Shown one piece after another: positions 41,401 through 55,437 of a stretch of DNA of 64,000 bases. The stretch lies in contig OX597824.1 in assembly GCA_951406725.2 (NCBI GenBank), positions 1,302,001-1,366,000 of the forward strand, given 5' to 3'. The DNA is from Octopus vulgaris (lineage: Eukaryota). The notes under the pieces are model-generated. The model was not told the origin of the DNA and made no database searches. It worked only from the letters and a program-made list of their open reading frames with translations. Position 1 is the first letter of the stretch. The number at the start of each line of letters is the position of its first letter. The translations under genes and the position numbers were made by a program.

Positions 41401-41744
41401 TCTTCTCACTTACTTGTGTCTCTCCTTACTAACCGTCAGCCATTTTGTATTTCTATTGTATGTCTTCATTTGCGCATGCTTATATCTCTATGTGCGTCTA
41501 TGTTTATTTAGTGTGTGTGTGGGGGGATGCCTGTAATATTTGTATCTTCTGTTTATATACATTCATGTAATTTGTATTTTGCTTTTGTTGTTGTTGCTTT
41601 TGTTCTAATTTTGTTCATGTGTTTACATCCACCCATTATTATCATTACATATGCTTGTATGTATAACAACAATATTAGTAATAATAATAATAAATCTAAT
41701 CGAAAAAAATAAATAAATAAATAAATAAAAATAAAAAATAAAAA

Positions 41745-41789
<45 letters not shown>

Positions 41790-41856
41790 AACACATGTGT
41801 AGCTTCTGTAATTTGTCTAATTATTGCATCTGTTCTATGTGTGAACAATATCTTAA

Positions 41857-42014
41857 TCTCTATGTTATTGATTGATCCCCCGTGTTCTTGTTCGGCGTGT
41901 TGGTACAGAAGCCTCTAATTTTCAGTCAAGAACCTTTTTATATATATTTTTATATATATAAAAATATATTTTTTATACATAAATTATTGCGGCGTAACGT
42001 ACACTTTGTTCTCT

Positions 42015-42064
<50 letters not shown>

Positions 42065-42194
42065 CATATTACCCAGATCTATTCCCCGTTTTTTTCGGAA
42101 GGTTTAGCGTGGGATCCGTAGAATGTAGTAATCATATTCTCTGCGGGGCGTAAAAGCGGCGGGAGCGAAGGGTATGGGAATCCGTTCCTCCTAG
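41857..42194 (+). mobile_element. Possible non-autonomous Helitron
   Basis: A|TC 5' end, CTAG|T 3' end, GC-rich subterminal segment with a small GGAA/TTCC hairpin, internal (TG)n; no TSD. Confidence 0.3.
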
Positions 42195-42309
42195 TAATTT
42201 CGTATCCTAAAAAGACATGCATAAACACACACACACACACACGCACATATATACGTAAATTTATATATCACTTTGTATACACACACATGCGCATACTCGT
42301 ACATACACA

Positions 42310-42502
42310 CAGATGCAGGTGGAAAGTGCGAGAGAAAATTGTGGCGAAAACGTCAGCAGAAGTTCGCCATTATCTTCTGCTGGAATCGCGTGGAGCTTAG
42401 GTGTTTCGCTCATAAACACACACATCACCAAAAATTGAGATTCGAACCCGCGATCTCTCGACCAGTGAGTCCGCTGCTCTAATCACTAGGCCATGTGCCA
42501 CC
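42310..42502 (-). mobile_element. tRNA-derived SINE, a further family
   Basis: GGTGGCACATGGCCTAGTGATTAGAG (A box)...GGGTTCGAATCTC (B box), then GTGTTTATGAGCGAAACACCTAAGCTCC. Confidence 0.75.
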
Positions 42503-42569
42503 ACACATACATACATACATACATACATACATACATACATACATACATACAGACAGACAGACAGACAGA

Positions 42570-42650
<81 letters not shown>

Positions 42651-43542
42651 TTGCCTTTATTAAAAAACTTTTCGCCTCAGACGTGCACAACTTTCAGCGC
42701 AAACGCTTCATAACAATTTCCAATGTTCCGACTGTGAATTTCCAACTTTATTTCCAACAACTTTACCAAAACATAACATTCTGTGAATGTTCTGTAATTA
42801 ATTCATGGCACCATGATTTATGTTAACAGGATTATCCTGTGACATATTTCCGAGGTCAAATAATACCTGAAATATTAACATTTAATAATTTTAAGCAAAA
42901 TTCAACTTTGAATTACACTGGAACATTGTGCTGCTGCTACATACAGAAACACCATATATTGGCATTGAATAAAAGGCTGTCTTCTGTCCAAGGTTCGCTC
43001 CCCGAACTTGTAATAGTTAGCTTATAGACATAACACGAGCCGCGTTCAGCCTCAAAACAGACGCGTCCTTTGTACTTCCCTCTTACACTCGTCACGCCTT
43101 TGTTGTCTCATGTGCCATATATGAAACACCATGTTCAATCTTTCCTTCCAGATCAAGAGTCACCAGAAACACCTTCGTTGATTACGATTTTGCTATATTC
43201 ATCTATCTAAAAGTCTCGAATTATATACCAACTGCACCGTCTCAACAGATCTGAGCAGGTATGCAAAATGAAGGCCACTGGCATGGTTCGGTGTATATAG
43301 AGATATTTTCCTGCAGGAATAAAATATTCCAAGCTCAAGGTAGAAGCAGTTTCCCAGTCTATAAGCCATATTGAACGAACACACACATACACACGTGTGT
43401 GTGTGTGTGTATATATATATATATGAGAGGGATGACCACTATGTGGACAACTCTTATGCTAGAAGTAGATCCGCTATCGTCTTACCACTAAGAAATGTTC
43501 TCAAGAAAAGTTAGCAAAATACAATTTACTGAACCCTCATTA

Positions 43543-43653
<111 letters not shown>

Positions 43654-43665
43654 ACACACACACAC

Positions 43666-43750
<85 letters not shown>

Positions 43751-44380
43751 TGTACATGTATATACATACATATATATGATAGACCCAAAAGTTACAAAGT
43801 GAACATATGTTTTCTCGGAAATATCCAACTCGGTGAACGTCAAACAATGAGTTCTTTCACATGCTGCACCTTTGGGTTACCTTTGTCTGTTTCGTCTTGG
43901 CTGCTTGCCGCACACAGCTCCGTCATTCAACTCTACAGAGACTTACATTTCATTCAGTGCAGCGCCGGCTCGGTTTTCTTCATGTTAGTGGAAAGAGATT
44001 TTGTCACGTGGTGGCAATCTTAAATGAACTCAGATTTAGAATCACTGGAAGATGTGGAGTGAATTTGGTTCTTTCTGTAGAGCAGATGTCCCACGTTGAA
44101 CCATTCCCGTGATTTGTCAAGCGATGCACGTATAATATTCGTATCGTTTTATTTTTACATCTCATATGGCCATCTTATTTCCGAAATGAATTTTTGAATA
44201 GAATCTCTGTGTATTACATGCACCTGATCAAAGTATAATGAAACAATAGATGAGGCATCTGTCAAGGTATGACCTTCGTAAAACATAAATTCTTATTTCG
44301 GTAATTGCATGGTAAATCCTGTGCATCGTAAATCCTTATAACTCTTGGTATGTACGATATGTAGCCGGTGTCACATATTT

Positions 44381-44489
<109 letters not shown>

Positions 44490-45485
44490 GAATAACCGAT
44501 AGAAATGTGGTTTGAAATGCATCACTCTAAGAAAGGCCAAATCCCATTTATGGATATCATAAAACCCAAAGGACACTTAACTACTGGCAGCATCAACAAC
44601 TATTTTCCAAGAACCTCACGCTCTACGTATAAAATTTAAATTCATTTCTCGGCACTTCCCCTGTGATCAAATTATAAAGAAAATACTAAATGTCTCCTTA
44701 AGAGATAGCACAAAACTCTGGATACCGAACGATCTCTAACATTGAGCAGCTTATAGAAAAATAAAATCTATTATATTTAATACTTGTTGCTTCTAATTTA
44801 GTTAGAAGACCAACAGTTTGAGGTGAGGCTGGTTCGTCGAATATATCGAGTTCAGCACTGCAGTGATACTGTGCTCTATCCATTCGGAGTGATGAAAGGT
44901 GAAATTGAGTTATCTCATTGTGTTTCCCCTTTGAGAGCAAAGAATTGAAATAAGTCCAAGTGTCTTTCAAATGCTTTTACGATCTTGATAGCTCGTCGGC
45001 CTTCCAGGGTTTTTTGTATTACAAGCAAGATACTTTATCTATTCGATACATGTCTTCTTTGCTTATCAACACTGCCACAAGCCATACACAACATGGCGCA
45101 CTCATAATTATATTATCCCATTACCTACACTAACCTTTTGAGTAGTTTATAGTTACTACAACCCTACGCTAACAACCAAGAAACTTGATTCTGACAGATA
45201 GACTAAAACCTGATGAAAATACTAGGAATTGTCATGTGCAATTTTACATTACCCACAACACCCAGGGTAGACGCTAAGTGATACAAAATCAAAACTGCAA
45301 CAATATTTCGAATACAAGCTAACATCAGCAAACAACAGTATTAAAACAGAAAATCAAAAAGAGCTTCGTCATGTATGATATCAGTCATCCAAGGACGCAA
45401 TCAAGGCATAAAAATCTACAAGCAACGCAAACTACCAAACATCGTATCTTCACAGGCTGAACAAAGATTCTCTTATCAGACAACA

Positions 45486-46373
45486 CGAGGTGGTATCAAA
45501 AAGTTCTCGGAATGGTTATGTTTAACAAAAAATAACTTATTTACCTAAGTTTTAACATCATCGCCTTCGAAATAGTCACCTTGCGCAGCAATATACCAAT
45601 CCCAGCGTTCGTGCTACTTTTGGATCCCGGCCTGGAAGTTGTTTTCGGTAAGCGAGTCGAGGGTCTTCTATGATTCGCTCTTGATCTCGACAACGGTGTT
45701 AAAACGGTCACCTTTGGGCTGCCTTTTCATCTTGGTGAAGAGATGGAAGCTCGAAAGTGCCAAATCTGGCGAATCGGGCGGGTGTAGAGGCAAAACCAGG
45801 TTGTTTTTGGCGAGAAACTCACAAGTGAGGAGAACTCCATGACGGGGCGTTGTCGTAGCCAAGAATCCATTTCATCGCGCTCTGCAGATGCGGTTGCTTT
45901 CGCCAATTGTCTTTCTTCAAACGTTTCAAAACGTCACAGAAGAACTGTCGATTCATGGTCTGGCCTTGGGGAACGAATACTCGATGCATAATACCGCGGA
46001 TACCGGGACAATCGATGAGCATGCTCTTGACTGTGCTGCGGCTCTGTTGTGCCTTCTTTGCTCGTGGAGATAAAAGACTCTTCTAGTCTAGCCTCATCGA
46101 CGTAAGCTGGCCGAAGAATGTCCAGTGTCTCTGTAGCAGATACTGGACATGTTTAACGCAAAATTTCACGTTTACACTCTGTTACAGAGACACTGGACAT
46201 GCTTCGGACAGCTTACGTCGACGAGACGAGAATAGAAGAGTCCTTCACAACTTGCGAAGTCACTTGACAGACTGCTTCATGAAGATCACTGCTAGTTCTC
46301 ACTCCACACGTGTGCTGCCATTTGTTGGCGCGCTACGGAACTAGTCTAGGTGGAGCTATTTGATACCATCTCC
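45486..46373 (-). mobile_element. Internally deleted mariner (irritans-like) with both TIRs
   Basis: TIR CGAGGTGGTATCAAAAAGTTC vs reverse complement GGAGATGGTATCAAATAGCTC. Peptides NVKFCVK/SATETLD, FVPQGQTMN, YDNAP, HPPDSPDLA, QGDYFEGD. Confidence 0.88.
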
Positions 46374-48579
46374 TGTACAATATAATGAAGTGATAATACT
46401 TAAACTGAAAGGCCACACGAATATACGAACTGTTGTTGTTTAGCTCTATTTTACTCCTGAATAAAGGCGACATATAATCAGAGTATTTCTAACTGTGGCA
46501 TTTTTATGTTTTGCGCATGAAGGACTTCATTACTCTATGCATCCATCTTTATTTAAGAAAGGTAAAATGTGATTTGAGGTACATTTGCTTGCTATGTTTA
46601 TCAGGTCGAAACAGTGTGTACTGTTCCTAATATTCCGGAAGGCATCATTTATGGCTTTCATGTAAATATTTCTTCTCGGTGTATGTATATGAATTATTTC
46701 TAAACTTTGTTACACATCTACATATCCCAGAACTCTGCTGCAAAGTGGTAACAAGAACATTATATCCGTTGCATTATCCCCTCATAAAACATTCATATTT
46801 CGCCATAAACAACTCCTACTTTTCAGGGCCTCCTGAACATTCATTACATGCAACAAAGTGCTATTCATTGTAACACTTACATCAGGTTGTCTTAAAAAGT
46901 TATTTTTCCCTGGATACGATTTTGTTTGCGATAGATGTCTATAAAGATGCATAGAAACTATACTGGCGTATATGACATCGTTCAGCTAGTCTCACGAGGG
47001 GGAGGATCAAAATGTGCTCATTTATATAACCTCGTAGATAACGTGTAGCAATATCGGGGTATTTTATGAATAAATGATGTTGCAGATTTTGAAATAATAT
47101 TTTTGTAAGTACGATATCAAATTTTATTTTTATATAAATTATATTAAAAGAGCTTTGAGAGTTTGGGAATGAAACATTAAAAATGCAAAACAGAAGCAAC
47201 GTAGCAATCTTTAAGATACAGTAATTGATACAAATCGCATAATTACCATCTTCCATCTGCAACTGAGAACGACTGTATTAAGTAATGTAGTCTCATATAA
47301 AACTGGGAAACATAATAGTCAACGACTGGTATGTCTTTGGTACTAATTGTGCTTGTTCACACTAAAAATTAACAAAGGGTGAAGAAGCCGAGTCTTCAGA
47401 GTTTTGGATAGAAAACTTCGCAGTAAATATTTCGATGTTTTGAGTTCAAATCCCGACGATGTCAACTTTGCATTTCATCCTTTCGGGGGTGAATAAAAAT
47501 GTACCAATCAACAGCAGTGGATTGGCATAACTGTAAGAACATTTGACCAGATGCATTGCAATATTTGTTCTGGCTCATTGCATTCTGAGTTCGAATCTCA
47601 CTATGGCCTACACTGATGGTAGACTTCATCAAAATCCAGGTTTAGCACCAAAACCTGAAACCTAAGCTCCGTTTGGAGGAGTCCAATATGCTACAAGTAC
47701 TGACGCCAACTTTCCGCTTTGAGTAGATGTCACGCAATAAGATCAAACCCGAGACTCGTGCTTGCTATTAGAACATCTTAAACGTTCGTCAATGCGATTC
47801 CTAGTTACACACACACACTCACACGCACAGATATATGCATGAATCTAATGTATGTATGTCTGCCCCACCCTCTCTTAATTTCTCCCCGTCTCTTCAGTTC
47901 CAGAGGCCTTTTAATGAACTATGGACATTGCCTTTCTTTCCTGGCCAAGAAAAGAAAAGAAAATAGGAACCTCATTCATGAAATCAATCACTCCTTTCCA
48001 TCGATGTAAACCGCTTTTATCATGGATGTCCGCATCCCTTTAAGAGATTAATCTTTCATCCCTTGAAATTATTGTCCCTTTGTTTTTATAGTCAAATACG
48101 CAAATAGGTTTTTATTTTCTTTCTCCAAACAAGAGCGCCATTCGAAATAACTGAGAATGCTTTTGCATTCACCATTCAGTACAACACACTTCAACGTATT
48201 TGTAATCAGACTTTTCTGATCGTCAATCAATGCCCAAAGTTGTTGAAGATGTTAATTTTGGTTAGTATTATTTCTGTGCTATTTTTATGAAATTTGAATA
48301 TGTCTCTTCTAGAAATTTCGTTTTGTTCTGTCGCTCATTTAATGTTTCTTTCACATAATATAATAAACAGCAATGGTAATTGATAACGACAGTTTCTAGA
48401 AGCCTTCTACTTTTCGCTCTCTCGCTCTCCTCTTCTCTCAGTCCCTCTGCTCTTCATTGTTTCTCACTATCATACTCTCATATGGGAGTATGATAGTGCA
48501 TGTGAATGTGTATGTCTACATATATGCACACATACATATACACACATATATCCATCCATCAAATAATACTATACATACA

Positions 48580-48876
48580 TATATATATTATTAGATGTAC
48601 ACACACATATACATATCTATATGTATATATATATATATGCGTGAGTGTGTGTTTGTGTGTGTGTTTACATATATATGCATATATATATATGAAAATATAT
48701 ATAACTATATATATAATGGGTGTGTGCGTGCGTACATATTCACACATACACATATATATAGTTATATTTATTTTCATATATATATATGCATATATATATG
48801 TACACACACACACACACACATATATATTTATACATATAGATATGTATATGTGTGTGTACATCTAATAATATATATA
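48580..48876. repeat. ~300-bp imperfect palindrome inside low-complexity DNA
   Basis: TATTATTAGATGTACACACACATATACATATCTATATGTATA and ATGAAAATATATATAACTAT recur as reverse complements on the right arm. Confidence 0.85.
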
Positions 48877-50164
48877 AGCATGTATGTATGTATGTATGTA
48901 TATGAATGCGTGTAGATCGTAAAACTGGTAGTTTTTTTTGCATTTAATCTAACCAAGTATAGAGTTGTTATGAACGTGGAAGTTAGAATCAAAGAAAATA
49001 GAACTCTAAAAATGTATTTTGGTAAAATAAATATATCATATAGTTTTCAAACAAGGCAAACAGTATACCACTTACTGTCAATTTGTATAACTCCATTTTT
49101 CAGATTAAAGAATCGCTGTGTATTCTCGATTTTAAACAGTGAATATTGTATTCCTATCACGGACGCTGTTTAGAAATATCGAAGCTGCTTTCTATTCATA
49201 TTTTAAAAACTTTCCAAATTAAATTTTCTGTAAAATAACACAAATTCTCAAGAGTGACATATTTCATTCCTGATTCTAATAGTAAGATGAAGAACCTGAA
49301 TGCAGATAAAATACAAATATTAAGAGCTATAAATAAATAAATAAAAAATTTATAGTTCCTAAATTTCTAATGGAACATCGAGGTTGAATAAAAAAAAAAA
49401 GCAATTTAGCAAAGTAAACCAGCATTTGCATATGAAACAATTCTAATAAACTTGATTCCAAGCTTTCTCTGAGATGATTATCGTAGCGTGTATCGAGCGG
49501 GAGCTTTCTTGATCAACATTGAATGCATTTTAAGATTTGGCTCCTTTCTTTATTAAAACCAACTTAATTTTCATTTTCAATTACTATTTTCTGCAACGAT
49601 TCAGCTAAAAGTAATCCACATAATGAGTCTGTAACTATATTACTTCGCCTCAAACCTGCATGTAATATTCACTCTATATGATAGTCATGTTACGTAACAC
49701 AAAATAGAGATTCTAAGTGATTCTGGCATTCAGACCCATAAAACTATATCCTCGTTGTTCACAGAAAACATATCCCTTCAATCAGTGCTTTAGAAAATTT
49801 TTACATCACCCCCACGCCACTTTTTTTCTGAATCATTCTCAACGGTCCTTTGCTACGATTCGGCAAAATTTCATTTACTTCTCGTACATATTTCAAAATA
49901 CAATGGCAAGATGTATATGAACACATAAGTCATGACGTAGAGCTACTGCTGCACTGGCTGCCTTTGTTACATGTATGGAGATACCCACACATTTTCCTAT
50001 AGATCAATTTTACATTTATTGTATGTTTTCGGTTTTGTTTAATTTCGTTCAGAGATTTGGAAGGTTGATATCGTTATTTTTCTTTTTGTTATTGATGTTA
50101 TTTTCGTTGGTGCTTTGATTGCAGCTAAAAAGCAGTTTATCGCAGTATTACTCTCTCTCTCTCT

Positions 50165-50588
50165 CTCTTACTCTCTTACTCTCTTACTTGTTTCAGTCAG
50201 TTGACTGCGGCCATGCTGGAGCACCGCCTTTAATCGAGCAACTCGACCCCGGGACTTATTCTTTGTAAGCCCAGTATTTGTTCTATCGGTCTCTTTTGCC
50301 GAACCGCTAAGTGACGGGGACATAAACACACCAGCATCGGTTGTCAAGCAATGGTAGGGGGACAAACACACACACATACACATACACACACACACATATA
50401 TATGTATATATATATGCATATATACGACGGGCTTCTTTCAGTTTCCGTCTACCAAATCCACTCACAAGGCTTTGGTCGGCCCGAGGCTATAGTAGAAGAC
50501 ACTTGCCCAAGGTGCCATGCTGGGGGACTGAACCAGAAACCATGTGGTTGGTTAGCAAGCTACTTACCACACAGCCACTCCTGCGCCT
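50165..50588 (-). mobile_element. OR-type CORE-SINE, full length, well conserved
   Basis: Head GGCGCAGGAGTGGCTGTGTGGTAAG, CORE motif GGCACCTTGGGCAAGTG, internal microsatellite, (GAGAGTAA)n tail, probable TSD TATTAC. Confidence 0.9.
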
Positions 50589-50842
50589 ATTACGTTTAAC
50601 TTTTTTTACAAAATTTCATTTTTAGATAGGAGACGAGAGAAATGTCTATTTAAATAAACCTATCGACTTGTACCGTCCATTTATACCCGATACCTACATA
50701 AAACTTCCCACTGCCACCTTCGCCACCAAGGGCGATAACTCTACCTTTGACAAATACTGGCGTAAATCACACTCTTGAGAAAAAGTTGGATACAAAAACC
50801 CCTGATGAATATGTCGTCCACATTACATAGAATATTCAGTGC

Positions 50843-51003
50843 AGGGTTGGCTGCGTGTGGTATGAAGCTTGCTTCCCAACCACATGGTCCCGAGCTCAAT
50901 CCCACTGCGTGGCACCTTAAGCAAGAGCCTTCGACAATAGCCCTAGGCCGACCAAAGCCTTGTGAGTGGATTTTCGGAAAAGAGAACTGAAAAATTCCCC
51001 GTC
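50843..51003 (+). mobile_element. 5' half of OR-type SINE
   Basis: TGGCTGCGTGTGGTATGAAGCTTGCTTCCCAACCACATGG...GGCCGACCAAAGCCTTGTGAGTGGATTT. Confidence 0.75.
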
Positions 51004-51157
51004 ATATACATACATACATACCAACATGCATACATACACACATACATAATACATACATACACACATACATAATACATACATACACACATACATAATACAT
51101 ACATACACACATACATGCACACATACATGCACACATACACGCATACATACATACATG

Positions 51158-52260
51158 CCCAAAAGTGGCTCGTGAATTTGCGAGCCACCTCCTGGAGGGC
51201 AATGAAATTTTGTTTCCCTCCACTTATTGTGGGAAGAAGTTGACGAGGGCTTTGATTTGCGGCTTATCACCCGGAGTTGAGCCCGAGTGGATAGGAGATA
51301 CTATTCGCCGGGGTCTGGGTGGCAGTAGAACCAAGCTCCTCAGCGCAAATATTCTGCCTGCGGCTGACTGGGACGGGTCAAAAGCTGTTTTGACCCCTAT
51401 GGAGCCAGTCAGCCGAAAGTCTGGTATTTCCAGACTTTTTGAGAATGACCGGGTCTAGGTATCCGGTGATGCTTGAGGGACGCTCCCCCCAAGTGTCATC
51501 GGTGCTTGAAGCCTGGCCATATAAAATAGAACTGTTCTCAAGGGCAAAGCAAATCCCTGGAGCGGTTGACGGAGACCTCTGTAGAGGAGGGAATGAAGGT
51601 GGCAGGGGAGACGGAGGACTCCTCAAAGAAGAGCCGCAAAAGAAAGAAGGTGAGCAATAATGGATGCTCACCGAAGAATCCTGGGGATGAGGGAGAGGAG
51701 GCGAATCTCCAGGTCACGGAGGAGACGCACCCTCCCCCAGTCGAAAAGAAAAAAGAGGAAGAGAAGGAGAAACAGGATATTGCCGGCAGCCGGAGACATG
51801 GCGTGAGAATGTCACGGAGCCTCGTTGGTTGTGCAACCGGAGGTGGTGGGGAGACACCAATGGCGGGAACTGTGCTGCTAACGGTAAAATTGATCCCCCT
51901 CGGACCCGGAGGACGAAGAACTCTTGGTCTTCTTTCATAGAGGTGGAGAGGTGGAAAAGGTAGTGAAAGAACACTACGAGGGTGTACCTTTGGCCTTCAC
52001 ACGGGATCCCGAATGGCCTCCGCAGATAGCTGTGGAGGTCATAACGTTGCGCGTGTTTAAAGGCTGGAGGGACTAAAAGAGGAATATCGCATGTGGCCGG
52101 GTGACGCCAACTCGGAGCCCACCTTGATTTTAAAGCAAGCAAGGGATATGGTGGAGTACACGGACACAAGGGACGACAAGGTGGGAAATTGATTAGAGGT
52201 TGGAAAGCCTCAGTGTTATAATGTGGAAGACGCTCAGCGCCTCATTTGTAAATTGATCAG
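51158..52260 (+). mobile_element. Decayed ORF1 (gag-like CCHC) of an L1/Tx1-type non-LTR retrotransposon
   Basis: GC-rich island. YPVMLEGRSP, then after a frameshift PKCHRCLKPGHIK*NC (CX2CX4HX4C, 51494-51535), followed by a K/E-rich low-complexity segment. Confidence 0.6.
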
Positions 52261-52330
52261 TGTTGACGGTATACTCTTTTACTCTTTTACTTGTTTCAGC
52301 CATTTGACTGCGGCCATGCTGGAGCACCAC

Positions 52331-52602
52331 ATTGAATATTTTATTGTATATTATTGCATGTTATTGACTATTAAGTCCAATAATTGTAAAACCTGTAGTG
52401 AGATGTTCAATACCTCGTTGAGGTGTAAAAATTGACAAGAGGTTGAAAATCCTCAGCGTAAGAGGCTTAGCGTCTCATTTGTGTATGGACTAATGTTGAT
52501 TGTATATTGAATATTTTGTTGTATGCTATTGCATGTTATTATTTGTAATGGACTATTAAGTCCAATAATTGTAAAAACTGTCGTGAGTGGTTCAATACCT
52601 CG
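52331..52602. repeat. Direct repeat pair (52331-52417 and 52506-52602)
   Basis: ATTGAATATTTT.TTGTAT..TATTGCATGTTATT...GACTATTAAGTCCAATAATTGTAAAA...TTCAATACCTCG occurs twice. Confidence 0.85.
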
Positions 52603-52759
52603 CTTTGTTTATTATGTTGAAAAAAAAAGAACAATGTTTTAGAGAAGCAGAAAAGCGTCTTTTATTTTCTCGCATCAATATCATCCATGTTTCATCATTC
52701 ACCTTCTCAATGTATGTGTCCAGCCCGCAAGCTACTCTTTGTAATGCTTTTATGGAAAG

Positions 52760-52880
52760 TCTTACCAACCACATGGTTCCGGGTTCATTCCCACTGCGTG
52801 GCACCTTGAGCAACGTGTCTTCTACTATAGCCTCGGGCCGACCAAAGCCTTGTGAGTGAATTTGGTAGACGGAAACGTCG

Positions 52881-52881
<1 letters not shown>
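52760..52881 (+). mobile_element. 5' half of OR-type SINE running into microsatellite
   Basis: CTTACCAACCACATGGTTCCGGGTTC...GGCACCTTGAGCAA...GGTAGACGGAAAC. Confidence 0.8.
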
Positions 52882-52953
<72 letters not shown>

Positions 52954-52958
52954 CTCTC

Positions 52959-53070
<112 letters not shown>

Positions 53071-54384
53071 TGCATGATAGGTTTGTAAATTTTAACATAT
53101 TTTGATTTCAAGATATCTCGCTACGATCGTTTAATCTCAGAAAGTTATTTGCAATCTCGAACCCTCTTGTAGTGTATATGAAAGTGTTACTGTAGGTTTG
53201 CGCCATTAAGAGATCTCTTAACAAACTGAGATGCTTTTGTACCGTTAGCATAACTAGAAAGGGACACAATTCATATGATTGTGAGTATGTCCGATTAACC
53301 TATTTAGAAACATCGATGATTCCGAAAGATTCCACTGAAAATCTGTTCCTTAAAAAAAAACATTGGCTGCATCTGACTGCCTTGTGCTTCTTAAAAATTG
53401 ATGCAACGACTCTTCTAATTGGGCCACTCTGCCATGATCACGAAGTTTGCAACATGCCATCCTATAGTCGTCTATTTTACGGATCGACTCTAGGAAAGAA
53501 CATCTGGTGTGAAAATTACTCTTCCGAAATTGAAAATTTTGAATGATTAAATTTTACTAAGTTACTACAAAACATTTGTTTGGTTTAAAACATTTTGTAA
53601 GATATTTATCAATTTGAGTATTTAAGAATTTCCCCACAAAATATCAATCCTTTTTTCGATTTCTTGTCTATTTGGCCATGAATTCAAGATCTTGTGTATA
53701 TAGCAAGAAGAGAAAGGTTTCAGATACCCAGGCAAATATCGATTATGATATTGGTGTATCCATCGGAGAGTATGATTATAGAAAAACAAGAAATGCAGAT
53801 AATATTAGGTTAAACAAGCAAAAAAATACTTATATAAAGTATATTAAATGCATTCTATTTACACCAAGTCCAGTGAGATAATTCATGGAAACTTTCAACG
53901 AATATTATATGCTTTTTACGTGAATAGAATTTTTTTATGTGGCTATAAACCTTAGCTGTTAATTGAAGGATCACATTAAATAATTATTGAAACGATCGCA
54001 ACTGATGACTAAATGTTCTGCCATCTTCTGCATTCCTTTCACTATTTCTTTCCTTCTCCCCATTTATAGTGAGAGATAAATATCGTTCAATATAAATACA
54101 GTATAGAGGTAGGTGCTACGAAGAGGTTGCTGCTGTAAAAATACGTACCTAGGCAGGATTTTATGGCACGTCTTGTGTCTCCAAGAATCTTCAATCTCTG
54201 AGAACATAGTCTCTTTCTGTTTGAAAATCAGGACGCTGGTACATAAGAAAACACGAGAAAAAATGAGAACAATGTTGATGAAAAAGATGGAAGAGTGGAA
54301 CGGGAAAAGAAAAGAAAAGATTATAGCTACTTCTCTTTTGACCGTGAAGAGAACTGCTCAATCCGGGAATGGCGGTGTCGTCCA

Positions 54385-54840
54385 GTTTGCCACACAAAAA
54401 TTTGTCCGTATTCTTGCCATTGCTGAAAATTTCGGTTCTGGAATTAAGTCGTACTGTGGAATTCTTAGATCTAAAAACCATTGCGTTCTTTCAGCTACGC
54501 ATAGGTTGGATTTCCTAGATCTGTTTACAAATGGCATGAATTTCTCTTAGTCTCCACTTTATTGTAAATGGTATGCAGTTGACCTTGAAACCCCATCTGT
54601 GGCTAGCCACGGACTTTTCTTTTGACAATGTGCCGTAAAGGAGATAGGTGGATTGCATAACGTCTTTTGAAATAGCCTTCGCATAAACCGATGTAATTTT
54701 TCTTATCATTTAAGTTTTCTTGAAGAGTGGTAGTGACTTCTGCCTTATAGACGACGGAATTTATCATACATGCCTGGTCAAATGGGCAAGCTTCAGGGTC
54801 TCGACAGTTACAAGTGGGAGTGGGCTCTGGGTGATGCTTA
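54385..54840 (-). pseudogene. Penelope-like element GIY-YIG endonuclease relic (Naiad-like Cys linker)
   Basis: Not in the ORF track. PTCNCRDPEACPFDQACMINSVVYKAEVTT...KNYIGLCEGYFKRRYAIH, then frameshifted IPFTIKWRL, SRKSNLCVAE, LNSRTEIFS. Confidence 0.85.
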
Positions 54841-54954
54841 CGAGTGAACCATCAATGCCAGCCTGTACTCCAGACAGCCGGAGCGGATGCATGCCATTGT
54901 CAACAAGTTGGTGAACGAAAAGTGAGCTTCCCTGTAGCAAGACACCGCAAGACA

Positions 54955-55170
54955 TCAAAGCATGCGAACGACCCGGCATAAACTCTAGGGACTTAAGAGA
55001 ATCGAACGGATGTCACACCCAGTATTTTGCCTGGACCTAGTTCCCTTGAATTGTTACTTGATCCGATTCATTGCTCATTTCCTGTTCTCGCCACGCTTCA
55101 TCAGCCAAGAAGGGGTGGAAGCTTCAGTGAATGGAGTCCTTTGCCTCGAAAAACAAGAACTAGCATCTGA
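54955..55170 (+). pseudogene. mariner transposase C-terminal relic
   Basis: MSHPVFCLDLVPLNCYLIRFIAHFL (cf. HPAYSPDLAPSDYYLFRSMAHFL)...FASKNK. Confidence 0.7.
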
Positions 55171-55437
55171 GTGGCCTCTCCTTTCAATGCCAAGGCGCTT
55201 TTGTTGTAGCTTAATGAATAAAGCAAATAAGTTAACAATATGTGTGTGTGCGTGTGTGTGTGCATGAATATATGATTTGGGAAGCAGTATAACCCGGATT
55301 ATGACATATAACCGGTGAATTTTATCATCAATTTTGTGCGGAACATTGCATTTGGCATTAAACATATTGGTCGGAAGAGTATTGTCTGACGCTTGAGGCA
55401 AATATATAACATTTTTCTAGAGAGGAAAAAGAGTTAC

